A DNA stretch of 64,000 bases, taken from NCBI RefSeq assembly GCF_009914755.1, contig NC_060928.1; one strand, written 5' to 3'. Each line of letters begins with the position of its first letter. Position 1 is the stretch's first letter. Below, piece after piece: positions 27,609 through 39,767 of this stretch. Under the pieces are notes generated by a model. It had not been told where the DNA came from, did no database searches, and was given only the letters and a program-made list of their open reading frames with translations. Position numbers and translations under genes: made by a program. This DNA comes from the human T2T-CHM13v2.0 reference genome, Homo sapiens.

Positions 27609-28410
27609 CCCTTTGGAAGTATAAAATAACAAAATGAAAATATTTCCATCTAATGACCTCGACTTTCTTTGTGAAGTTAGCTCTCTTAGGGCCTGTGGTG
27701 AGGGATGAAGCTTAAAGAGTGTCATAAGATTTAGTAACGTTACCATAGTGAACAAAAAATTGCCAGTCAATGTCACAGACTTAGTTGAGGCTGGAAATCA
27801 TAAAGTCATTATAGCCAATAATTTCTTCTATGAATTATATTCAGCAATACTTAGGAGTTCTGGAGCAGGTTTTTTAAAATGGTTGGGTTGATTCCACTTT
27901 GGTGATTAGAGTTCCATGGAAAAGAATAACGAGGGGAGGAAAAGCTGGGTAGATTTTGTTGAAAAGAGTTTCAGGAAATGAAATGACAGCTAGGGAGGGG
28001 GGATCAAGGAAAATAGAAAACTATGCAGTGAGATCCTTGTCTTATGTCTGCTATTGAGTTCACTCCACTAAAGGATTCCAAAACACTAAATATATAGTTC
28101 AGAAAACTGAATATTCAGAAGAGTTTCCAAAAAAGAAAATTAGAAATACAGTATTTAATAGTTGATCTTAAACCTGATATCTTTCTCTCTTCTCTTCACT
28201 CCCTTCTGCTTTCCCTTCTTTCCTCCTACCTTTCCTTTTGTTCCTGTCTTGCTATTTCTTTCCTTTGGCCTTCTCTCATTATCTCCCTCTCTCACTTCCT
28301 TTTTTCCAAGAAGCATTTGTTGACTACTTTGATCATATTGAAGGAACTGATTTTATTTTTCACATGGTATACTTTGAACTTTAGATAACTGACTTTATTT
28401 ATTTTAATAG

Positions 28411-28639
28411 GTTCTGGCTGATAGATTGTCGACAGATCCAGGAATCCGTTACTTTTGCATCACAAGTATACAGAGAAATTATCTGCGTACCTTATATGGC
28501 CAAATTTGTAGTGTTTGCCAAATCACATGACCCCATTGAAGCCAGGTTGAGGTGTTTCTGCATGACTGATGATAAAGTGGATAAGACCCTTGAACAACAA
28601 GAAAATTTTGCTGAGGTGGCCAGAAGCAGGGATGTGGAG
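28411..28639 (+). CDS. ANK2: Coding exon, ZU5-C end and UPA start (FWLIDCRQ...[32 protein letters not shown]), 229 nt, phase 2-0
   Basis: ttttaatag| acceptor, GAG|gtactg donor. Confidence 0.97.
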
Positions 28640-29062
28640 GTACTGTACCAAAAATAATAATAATAATTTATGCCATGTTGTTATACCTGCATTAATAGAT
28701 TACATTTCAAATATCATTTAATAAATAGAATAATTAAAAAGTGAAAGACAAGTTCGCATTTTGGTCAGTTAGAAGGTCAACATCCAAAATCTGCCATTTT
28801 TAGCCATTTTGGACCTATTCAATAGGAATGATCTGTGCATGTGAGAAGGTAAGATGATTCCTTTAAAGATTATTTGAGGAAAAATTATGAGTTATTGATA
28901 AACTCAAAGTATGTAAGTGACTGTAGTACTTTAGATGTTTTTAGCTTTCCTTGTTGTCCTTATTTTTTAATAGTAACTAAAACAGTCTGGGAAGTATATC
29001 TTTTTGCATAAATGTTGAAGCAGGGTGTCTAGTGCTTTTCTACATTACTTTTTCTTATTTCA

Positions 29063-29466
<404 letters not shown>

Positions 29467-29739
29467 TTAAATGTATTTTGGGGTTGTGGAATAATGGGAT
29501 ACACTTTTTGGAATGAGAACATTAAATGTCACCATGCATTAAAGATTCCCATTACTAGTAAGAAGAAAGAGTGCTGGACATGCTGTGTCACAGATAGACA
29601 GAATGTCAGTTGTCAATTTAAAGATGGTTGTATGTGTATTATAAGAATTTGAAGTTCCAAGTAGTACTACCACTTCTTTGTGTAAACAACAAGTATAATT
29701 GCAGCTACTTTATTGTTATTTCTCTCTGTTTTCACTCAG

Positions 29740-29865
29740 GTGTTAGAAGGAAAACCCATCTACGTTGATTGTTTCGGCAACTTGGTACCATTAACTAAAA
29801 GTGGCCAGCATCATATATTCAGTTTTTTTGCCTTCAAAGAAAATAGACTTCCTCTATTTGTCAAG
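29740..29865 (+). CDS. ANK2: Coding exon, UPA ([42 protein letters not shown]), 126 nt, phase 0-0
   Basis: ttcactcag| acceptor, AAG|gtaata donor. Confidence 0.97.
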
Positions 29866-30929
29866 GTAATATATACATGGAATTTTGTGATGCATTTTTT
29901 TCAAGATCAAGGCAGAATTTGACTTCCTTTAGTAATAGAAAATTTTCGCTTTTCAGTCATCTTCAGAGTTTTCTTTTTAACCATATTTGTAACGTTTTAC
30001 AGCCCTGGGAAACAAATCATTTTTATTTTTGAGGTTCAAAGTCAACCTGAATTTTTATAGACTATATTTAAGGATGAGAACAGGACAAATAATAGCCAAC
30101 TCATTAATTAGGCACAGTGACCGGTATTTTCCAAATTTGAAGGAAAGCTTATTTATCTATTATAACTTTTAAATATTTATGCTTAGATTTAAAAATACAC
30201 GTGAACTTCACAAGTGTGGAGATCAAAAGAGTTCTAAGTGGCAACTTTTTGTAATAAAATCTCTCAAAAGACCCAGCATCTCACTTAAGCTAGTAAATTA
30301 TCTGCAATAGAGCTATAGACTTGATATATTTTCATAAATTCATTCAATAAACAGCATGGAGACATTTGTGTGCACCAGGTGTTTGTTGTCTCTAAACAGA
30401 GACCAAGTTAGGGATTTGAGGTGATATATGCAAGTTTCATTTTAGATTCCAATCTAAAAGGGACCACATATGAAGGAATAAGAGATTCAGGAAATAAAAA
30501 GGAGGTAATAATTCTACTCTGCATTATTTTCCAAGCTCATTTTTCTTCTTGTTTCTCACAATTTATTTCACTAATCCAGAGGTCCTAACGCTCAATCCTC
30601 TTAGGTATAGGCTGGCTTCTGTCGTTTTTTTTCCAATCCTACTTCACCTACTCATTTCCAACTGTTCATCAGCAATGACTCTTTTTATTTTAACCACTTA
30701 TTATTTTTCCAAACATGTGTCTGCAAACCTCTTATTAAGTTTTTCCAAGATCTCTGCTGAGTCTCTTTCATTGTGCCATTTCTGGTTCAATTGTTTTGCC
30801 TGACTGATGATAGATTCTTACAGATCACCACATTAAGCAGTAACTGCTCAGAGGTAATGGATCCATTTAACATAGACAGCTATATAATTAAGCTAATGTT
30901 TGACATCATTGGTGTGCAGAATCATTCTA

Positions 30930-32445
30930 CAAACAACCCAATACAAAATGAGGGAAGTGCTTCAGTAGACATTTCTCCAAAGAAGATACACAGATGGTCA
31001 ATAAGCATATGAAGAGATGTTCAACAGCGTAGGGAAATGCAAATCAAAACTGTGAAGAGATACCACTCCATACCCATTAGGATGGCTATTATTACAACAA
31101 ACAAACAGAAAATAAACAAATGTTGGGAAGGATGTGGACGAATTGGGGCCCTAATGCATTGCTGGTGGAAATGCAAAATAGTGCAGCGACTTTGGAAAAC
31201 ACTATGGTTTTTCCTCAAAAAGTTAAACATAAAATTAGTATATGATTCAGCAATTTACTTCTCGATGTACACCCACAAGAATTTAAAGTAGAGACTCAAT
31301 TACTTGCACACCAATGTTCTTAGCAGCATTAGCCATGGTAGCCAAAATGGAAACAACCCAAAAGTCCAAAGGTCCACAAACAAAATGCGGTATACACATG
31401 CAATGGAATACTATTCAGCCTTTAAAAGGAAGGAAATTCTAGTTTATGCTGCAATATGGTAAATGAAATAAGCTAGACACAAAAGGACAAATATTGTATG
31501 GTTTCACTTATATGAGGTACCTAGGGTAGTCAAATTCATAAAGAGAGAAAGCATTTGTTTTTATTTATTTTTTTGACCTCTCCTCGAAGTGAAATAAAGA
31601 TAGAAAGTAGAAGAGTGGTTGCTAGGGACAGGAGAAGTGAAGAATGGGGAATTATTGTTTAATAGATACAGAATTTCAGTTAGGAAGATTAACAAGTTCT
31701 AAAGATGGAAGGTAGTGATGATTATACAACAATGTGAATGTACTTAATGCCACCAAACTAGACACCTTTTTAGGTTTAATCATTTTTATGATTAAAATGA
31801 TACGTTTTATGTTACATATATTTATCACAATTTTTTAAAAAAGGAATGAAATTCTGACACATGATGCAATATGAATGAACTTGGAAAACATTACGCTGAG
31901 TAAAATAAGCCAGACACAAATACTATATGGTTCCTCCATTTCTACATGTTCCTAGAATAGGCAAACGTATAGAGACAGAAAGTAGAATAGAGGTTATTAG
32001 GGGCTGGGCAAGAGGGCAATGGGGAGCTATTGTTCAATGGGGACAGTTTCGGCATAGGATGAAAAACATTCTGGATAGAAGTAATGATTATACAACTTTG
32101 TGAATGTGCTTAATGCCACTGAATTTTCTACCTCAAAATAGTAAAAATGGTAAACTGTATGTTATGTATATTTTACCATAATTATTTTAAAAGCTGAGTA
32201 AGTTCTGAAGATCTAATATACAGCATTAAACTATAGTTAATTGTATGTAATGTATTATATACTTGAAATTTGCTAAGAGATCTCAAGTGTTCTCACCACA
32301 AAAAAGGGGGATGAGGTGATTGATATGTTAATTAATTTGATACGCTAATCATTTCACAATGTATACATATATCAAATCATCACATTGTACACCTTAAATA
32401 TATGCAATTTTTGTCTACCATACTTAAATAAGACTAAAAAAGAAA
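30930..32445 (+). mobile_element. Old L1 (L1M) ORF2 end and stacked 3' UTR fragments
   Basis: ORF2-like peptide MQIKTVKRYHSIPIRMAII...CWWKCKIVQRLWK and L1MA/MB-like 3' UTR words; boundaries approximate. Confidence 0.85.
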
Positions 32446-32622
32446 GCTGAATGATTTTTAAAAAGGCTTTCCAAATGGTAATAGGAAAAGAGAAAGGAAA
32501 TCCTTTGAGTTCTTACCTAGCAGTAACAAATGAATTTTACTTTTCCCTTTCAAGCATCATCTAGTTAAAGTAAATACTGCAAATCAAATATGGGTGAAGC
32601 ATGTATGTCTTTCTTGTTCAAG

Positions 32623-32745
32623 GTACGCGATACGACTCAGGAACCTTGCGGACGACTATCATTTATGAAGGAGCCAAAATCCACGAGAGGCCTGGTGCAT
32701 CAAGCTATTTGCAACTTAAACATCACTTTGCCGATTTATACAAAG
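32623..32745 (+). CDS. ANK2: Coding exon, UPA end ([41 protein letters not shown]), 123 nt, phase 0-0
   Basis: ttcttgttcaag| acceptor, AAG|gtatcg donor. Confidence 0.97.
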
Positions 32746-32807
32746 GTATCGTAAAATCTGCTATAGTGCAATTCAGGTAGAGTAGGAATTGATTTTTAAA
32801 TCTTGTT

Positions 32808-32862
32808 TTAGGTCAGTGCAAAAGTAATGGCAAAAACAGCAATTGCTTTTGCACTGACCTAA
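32808..32862. mobile_element. MADE1 (Hsmar1-derived MITE), internally shortened
   Basis: 17-bp perfect inverted repeat ttaggtcagtgcaaaag / cttttgcactgacctaa with a MADE1-like core. Confidence 0.85.
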
Positions 32863-33289
32863 TAAAATGAATACCAACAAAGACTGATTGAAAGCATGTG
32901 TAATAATCACGTTTGATTCTCTGTCAGATTTACGATTTCCACTTAAGAAAAAACGTAGTGCCACCTGATTTCATGTTAAATGCACTTTGATGCAAAAATT
33001 CTATTAATACACATTGGGCATGGAAGTAAGAAAATTTGGCTTCAGATTTAACTTTTTGAAGAAATTTTTAAAACTAATTGGCTTTTCTTCATTATTGTTT
33101 TCATGTGCTTTCCTGCGACCATACTCGTGCATTTGGCCCTATGAAAATATTAGAGTTCATCACCTTCTGTTTACTACCAATTCACAGGTGGCTTACATAT
33201 TATTAAATTCAGAACTGCCCCGTGATATTTTATTTTTTCTAAGTAATTAACTATTAATCTTCGAACTTATCATATTTTAGGAGCATATA

Positions 33290-33390
33290 AACTGGTGTGA
33301 TGGTGCACACCTGTAGTCCCAGCTACTCTGGAGGCTGGGGTGAGAGGATCACTTGAGCCCAGGACTTCAAGGGCAGCTTAGGCAACATAA
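33290..33390 (+). mobile_element. Alu monomer fragment
   Basis: cctgtagtcccagctactctggaggctg...ggatcacttgagcccagga. Confidence 0.75.
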
Positions 33391-34409
33391 CTTGTGTAAA
33401 TTGTTGGTTAAAATAAAAAATAGTTGAAATAGTTGATTAGTAAAAAACATATCGCCATGTTTTGAGTAGATTTAAAACATTGTTGAAAAGGAGAAATACA
33501 TTAATTTCTGACCCCAAGTCTACCTACAGGAATTACTTTCTTTTGAAATCTCTCCCCCTCACGTAATTCCTCGAATACTCTGATGAAATCAAAGAAGACA
33601 ACTAAATCAATTAAATGTTGTGGATAATTTATGTTTCATTCTTTTAAATTTTTTTAACCAATATTTCTTTTGAATAGGAAGCTCTCACATGGCAATCTAT
33701 AGGTGGATGCAGAAGTTGTCAGTGTCTATATAACAGGTTGGGAAGGGTGATGAGTGGTGACTGCTGAGACCTGGAGGGGAAGTAGGAATATATTTAAAAT
33801 CCTAAATCTTGACATCACAAAACAAAAAAGTCCTATACTTCTTTTTCCCCACCACAGTTGTTAAATTTTATATTTGCTTAATGAATTATTCTTGTAAATA
33901 GAGATCAGCCATCTAGAGAAAAGCTCATAGCATTAGGTTTGACATTGTAAATTTTTATTAAATGAATAAAATAAAATATTATTTGTATATTTAAATATAC
34001 ATGTTATTCCAAGAATTAAAATATAGAAATGGGTATATCAACCCAAATGAGCATAATTTCATTGTATTTTGATGGTGCAGAATGTATTTTGGGGTTTGTA
34101 TTGCTGATTAGTAGTGAGTCAGTGGAGGCAGTATGCCAATAAGAACGACAAAGAAATATGTACTGCTGCGGGCAAGCCACCTGAGTGTTAAAGAAAGATG
34201 ACTGAGCTTTGGCTGATTTCAGTGAGCTTTCAGTGTGCTCTAAGAGAAAGCATTAACTTCATTATTACATTTTATTTCTAAGTCAAGACATATCAGACAC
34301 AGCTATTAATGCTGTGATAGTCCAGTACAATTTTCTAATTTGTAACTCAAAAAGAAAAAAATCCCAGACATTGTACATTGAAAATATACCTTAGTATTTA
34401 GTAGCTCTT

Positions 34410-34551
34410 GGCTGGGCACCATGGCCCACACCTGTAATCCCAGCACTTTGGGAGACCAAGGCAGGAGGATTGCTTGAGTCTAGTAGTTCAAGACCAGCCT
34501 GAGCAACATAGCAAGACCTTGTCTCTATTAAAAAAAAAAAAAAAGAAAGAA
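34410..34551 (+). mobile_element. Free left Alu monomer (FLAM-like) with poly(A)
   Basis: Single monomer; TSD atttagtagctctt. Confidence 0.88.
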
Positions 34552-34998
34552 TTTAGTAGCTCTTTGTTAGAATAATGCTTCTAAATATTGCCTGTGTATT
34601 GAAAATTTTCCACCATATGCTTATTTGTAGCTTTTAGTATTTTCAACCAATATCTGTAATGATTGGGATATTATCATCACTATTTCTAAAGACAAATGCC
34701 ATCCAGTTCATTTAAGGTCAAACTTTGAGACTGCCGTGGTGACCTAGTATCTGGAATTAGTATATTTATAATGTTGGTTCTTTTGTCTCTTGAATCTATA
34801 AACTTTGTACTTAAGCCAATCTTCTTTTCTGCCTGTCTTCTATAAACTGTTAGTAATAAAAAAAGAGTATGTTGACTGTATGCTTGCCTGTTGATGCTTG
34901 TTGAAAGGGTATTTATTTACTCTTTCCTTTTCTTCTAAATACTCTCTACTCTTCCTTCTCTCTTTTTTCCATCTTGCATGGCATCTTGGGGCGGAAAG

Positions 34999-35031
34999 GA
35001 ATCAGAGTCAGATCAAGAACAGGAGGAAGAG
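34999..35031 (+). CDS. ANK2: 33-nt coding exon (ESESDQEQEEE), phase 0-0
   Basis: gcggaaag| acceptor, GAG|gtaatt donor; peptide matches ankyrin-B. Confidence 0.93.
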
Positions 35032-36950
35032 GTAATTTTATGACAGTGTCACTTGTTATCGGCTGTGTCATTGCTGTAACCACTAATAAGAGCACATAGT
35101 TAACCTGTGTTCTTAGACGGGGTAGGCGGTTCTTCTTAGTAATTAAAGGGGCACAATTTTACTTAACCTCTCTAAGCCTCTGTTTTCTCATCTTGTGGAG
35201 CAACTTAAGGGAATAGTAAAGTTTCCCTGTAAATTGTTGCCATGTCGCTATGCAATACTATATTTTTCCACCAACTGCTAAGAGCTAAACCATTATCTCA
35301 GGGGTTCTTAGTCAGAAGACATCTAGTGGTTGAAACTCTTTTTGTACTAAGACATTATTAATGTCTTAATTTTTAATTAAATGTCTTAGTACATTAAAAA
35401 TGTACTAAGACATTATTTGCCTTTTAAACTTCTATATCCTCACAAACTATAAAGGAGTCTCCCAGAGGCTATACTACATGTGATGATATTGCCACTCTGG
35501 CAATTAATGGAATGTATGCTTGCATACTCTTAGGTTCTAGCATTTTCTCAGCCTTCATTTGTAATATGGATATCTATTTATACATATCACACACCATCGG
35601 AAGTTTTTCAGGCTCCTCAGTAATTTTTGGGAGTGTAAAGGGGCCCTAAGACCAAAGAGTTTGATAAACACTGAGACCAAAAAACTTTAAGAAGCATATA
35701 GCTGATTCCTTAGACTATATCATAATGCAGAACTATGCTAATAATAATAATTTCTTATAAAGTGGGATCTTTACTAAGTGTTGCACACGCCTCATCAATG
35801 TCGATCTCTCACAAACACCTATGAGGTGTTTGTTATTAAATACTACATTATTGATGAAGAAAGCAAGTCTTAGAGAGGTTACCTTGAATAAATAGCTGTA
35901 TGAATTAAACCTGCTTCAATATTTAAAGCAAATGTGTGTTTGTCTCCGTTATAAAGATCTGAAAATGCCCAAATATTATAATAGAAATGAAAAACATAAT
36001 TGGAAAACTTAAAATAATATGTTTCTAAGATAGACAGATGCATATGTTATTAGTTATATGTAAATGTTTTCAAATATACTAGTTTTCTTTTTTTAAATGT
36101 TATTCCAATGCATTCAAAATAAAAAATATAATAAATACCCTTATACCCACCAGCTTAAAATGTAAGCCCTTATCAGTTCAGAAGATGCCCCGGATTCGTT
36201 TTTTTTCTGATACCTTGCAATGGAGCAGGGTGAGAGAGGTGACTATAGAAGCACTGTCCTGCCGCACATAGCCATATACACAATCAACTTAAGACTGAAG
36301 TCATTCTTTCCCTCAACTGCACAGTCACTCTTTGCTTCACATACTCCATTTCCTTCCTGTACTCAGTGACCCTACCACTACAGCTGTTAAAAATGATAGG
36401 GAAGCCAATTTTGCCATGTTCACAAATCACTTTTTTCTCTTAGATAATTTTCCTACTGAATACTTTCTGGAACTATTTAGGGCAATAGATCCAGTTCATA
36501 TTCTTTTCAGGATCTGGAATGCTGGCTTATTATTAACGATAATGAAACTACTTCTGTAGAACACATCACCCTAGTGTTGCTGTTTGTCATCCTTTCCTTT
36601 TTCTCCACTAAATGGATACTTATTATTCAATACTGACTTCACCCTTTTTCTGATGTATTCCCTAAATATGTATTCCAACATCAAAACCAGCCTGGGTCAT
36701 ATCTTCCCAGGATTAACATGCTAGAAAGGACTTTCTACCTGTAGTGTCTAGAAAACAGAAGGTTTTTTTCAAAGTCAGGATAAGAATCATGGAGACTCTC
36801 AGGAAAAAATGTAGCAAATTACTCTGACCTTCCTATAGCTATGGTGTCACCCAACATGTATAATTATGAATAGGAGCTTTTTGTGCACACCAGGGGCTAT
36901 GAGCCAAGGCAGTATTTGTAACCATTCAATTTATGTATGTTTTCTTTCAG

Positions 36951-36972
36951 ATCGATATGACATCAGAAAAAA
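36951..36972 (+). CDS. ANK2: 22-nt coding microexon (IDMTSEK-N), phase 0-1
   Basis: ttttctttcag| acceptor, AAA|gtaaga donor; needed to convert phase 0 to phase 1. Confidence 0.94.
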
Positions 36973-39767
36973 GTAAGAATTTAAAGAAAATTGAGTTTGT
37001 TTGAAAGCTGGCTACCATAAAAAGAAGCATGAATTAAAATGCAAGCTAGTTGCTATTACTAACCACTATAGTAATTACATTTTTATATTATCCTTATTAA
37101 TCATTAATATATTTATAAAAGCAGCTTGGCCAGTTAAATTACAAATATACCTAATTTGCGAGCTAATTAGCAGTAAAATGCAATGATTATTCATCTAAGC
37201 ATTCACTTTCTTTTGACATTCTTGTTAACCCTGGTATTGCTGTTATGCTTGTTTAGAAACCCACCCTACCGTTTTGTCCATTTGTTAGCAAAACACTGTC
37301 ATCTCATCATTTTTTAAGCACTGACATGACAGTATCACTTTTTATGTAATGCAATAGTGACTTCTGTAGAGAGCTCATTATTTTTGTAGGATACACCTGC
37401 AAAAGTGATACTGTCTAATAGTTCTTAGCTGAAGCTAACCCCATCCAATGCCTGCCCCCTCCCCCATCACTCTTTTGCACTTTTTACTGTGGTGAAGTGT
37501 AACCAATGTCTTTAGAGCTGAGGTCTAACAGACTTCTGTGAAAACTTTCTGAAAAAAAACCACAAAACAAAAATAAACAAAAGTGAAGAGCCAAGAATGC
37601 AAAATTAAAACCCCCTGGATAAAATTACTAATCACAACAGCATGTTATTATAGGGTTAATTTTAAATAATGATGCAAATCCCAAACCTGATCTAGTAGAG
37701 AGAGAACTGGTTTTGACAGACCTTAAAAGAGCTATCTTAGAACTCATTTCAGGTTTGTAATATCCAATTAAGATTTTAGTTTGTTGGACTATTTCTAGTG
37801 ACTCTCTGGCTTCTTGTGTGGAAACTCCAGTTGAATTTTACAGATTTCTGCTTTTGTGCCCCAAATGCTTTTTAAAAATCTGATTTTTAAAGTTTATTGA
37901 ATATCAATAAACTTTATTTCAGAGTTTATTTTGATTTGCTGTATTTCACAGTATATTCCCAAAATGAGAAAACTTAGAACCATGTTTAATATGCTCATGT
38001 GGCCCTACACAATGATCTGAGGGCTTTTTTAAAGTCCTAGGACAATGTAATTTACTACTAAGTTATGGAAGTTGCTTTGAATGAGGCTTACCCTCATGTT
38101 AAAGCATTATTCAGATCTAGAATGTTTGAGATTCTGGATGTTTTCATTGGTTTATATAATTGAACAAATTTGTATTGGTATAAATTATTTTAATAAATTT
38201 ATATGTGTAAATTCACATACTGTATCTTCTCAACAAATACAGATTCTCCCAAGAGAAGGCACTTTTGTTTATATGACATATCACATTGCCCTCACTGATT
38301 CCTTTTTTTAAGTGATTTTACTTTATTCTCCCACTTTCTTCTTCAGAACTACTCCATTTATTTAAATGGCCTCTTACTTTGCTCTCCTGATACAAACTAG
38401 TAAGAATTAAAAATTAATTCATCCATATGGCTCAGTTGTTAAAAAAAAAAGAAAAAAAAATGTTACCATGTTGCTATGATGCCATGGATTTTCCTGAAGG
38501 ATTTCTAGGTGTTTTGAGTGTTTCAGAAGTTTTAAATACAGACTCAAGTTTGCTTTTGATTTAAAGATAATCATTAAATAATCTTCATCTAGGTATAAAC
38601 TAATCTCTAAAGAAGTGCTCTGTGGAAGGGACTCTTACCTGAAGTCTTTTTATCAGTACATTTTAGAAGAGTTTACTGAGTTTTCTTCCTTAACCTTAAT
38701 GGGTGTAAGCCCCCACAACCTAAGCCTCAATATACCACCTTCAGCAGCTTATGCATGGACTCATAGGGAAATAAGTACACTTCGCCACAGTAATGTTTTA
38801 CATATCTGTTCTAAATTCCCGCCATCCTCCTGCCCATACGTTTCAGCAAGGCCGCCTCTCCCAGCCGTTTTACTCCACCTTTGCTTTGCATGGAAATAAC
38901 TTGGCTTACATAAACTGTGTGTGTGTCCCGTGTGACTGTCTCTGACTTGGGTTGCCATGCATCACATTTTAACTTTGGACTCACTTATAAGTTTAATCAC
39001 AATTGTTGTTTCTGTTGTTTTTCTTTCCTTTCCTTTATTTCCCTCCTTGGTCTGTCCATTCTGTGTCTAAACAAGGAGGTTGCTCCAAGGAAAGGACCAT
39101 GCCTCGTAGCACCAGACTGTTTGTTTCATTGTTAGGTGTGAATTTCCCTTAGATGAAATGCCGGTTTGCAGCTGATTCAGATGTATTTTATATAGTCTTT
39201 GTATATTGGTAGAACTAAACATACTGAATTTCAGACTTTTATATGATTAAAAATGTATATACATCATTAGATGTTATTCTGAGCTTGCTACTACTGGCTT
39301 TCTCCTAGAGGAAATCAACTTTCTGCAATTTCTAATGCTTTTTTTCTTATTTTTTCCTCATGGTTGGTTTTCTTTTTTTTTTCAACATTGATCTGTAACA
39401 TCTGAACAATCTTGAGATACCTCTGTGTAATTTCACTGCGTTCTTTGTTTTGATATGTAGTGTTTTTTTGTGTGTGTATGTGCGTCTTGTTTTAGCTTTG
39501 TTGTATGTGTGGATGTGCTACAAGTGAGAAAAATTAAGCAAGTTATTTCCTGCTCATTTTTCCTTTTCAGTTGTTTTTTTTTTCGTTAGCCTTGCTTTGC
39601 TCTTGTACCCTGAGGCCTTGTGGATCTACCATTCCCAGCCCATTTTGTTGCCCCTCCCACCACCACCACCACAGGAAAAGACGCTGTGTCGTTTCAGTCC
39701 TGATTACATTTGCCAATATCTTTTTTGATTTCCATTTTACTTTCAATGTTTTTCATTCACATCAAAG

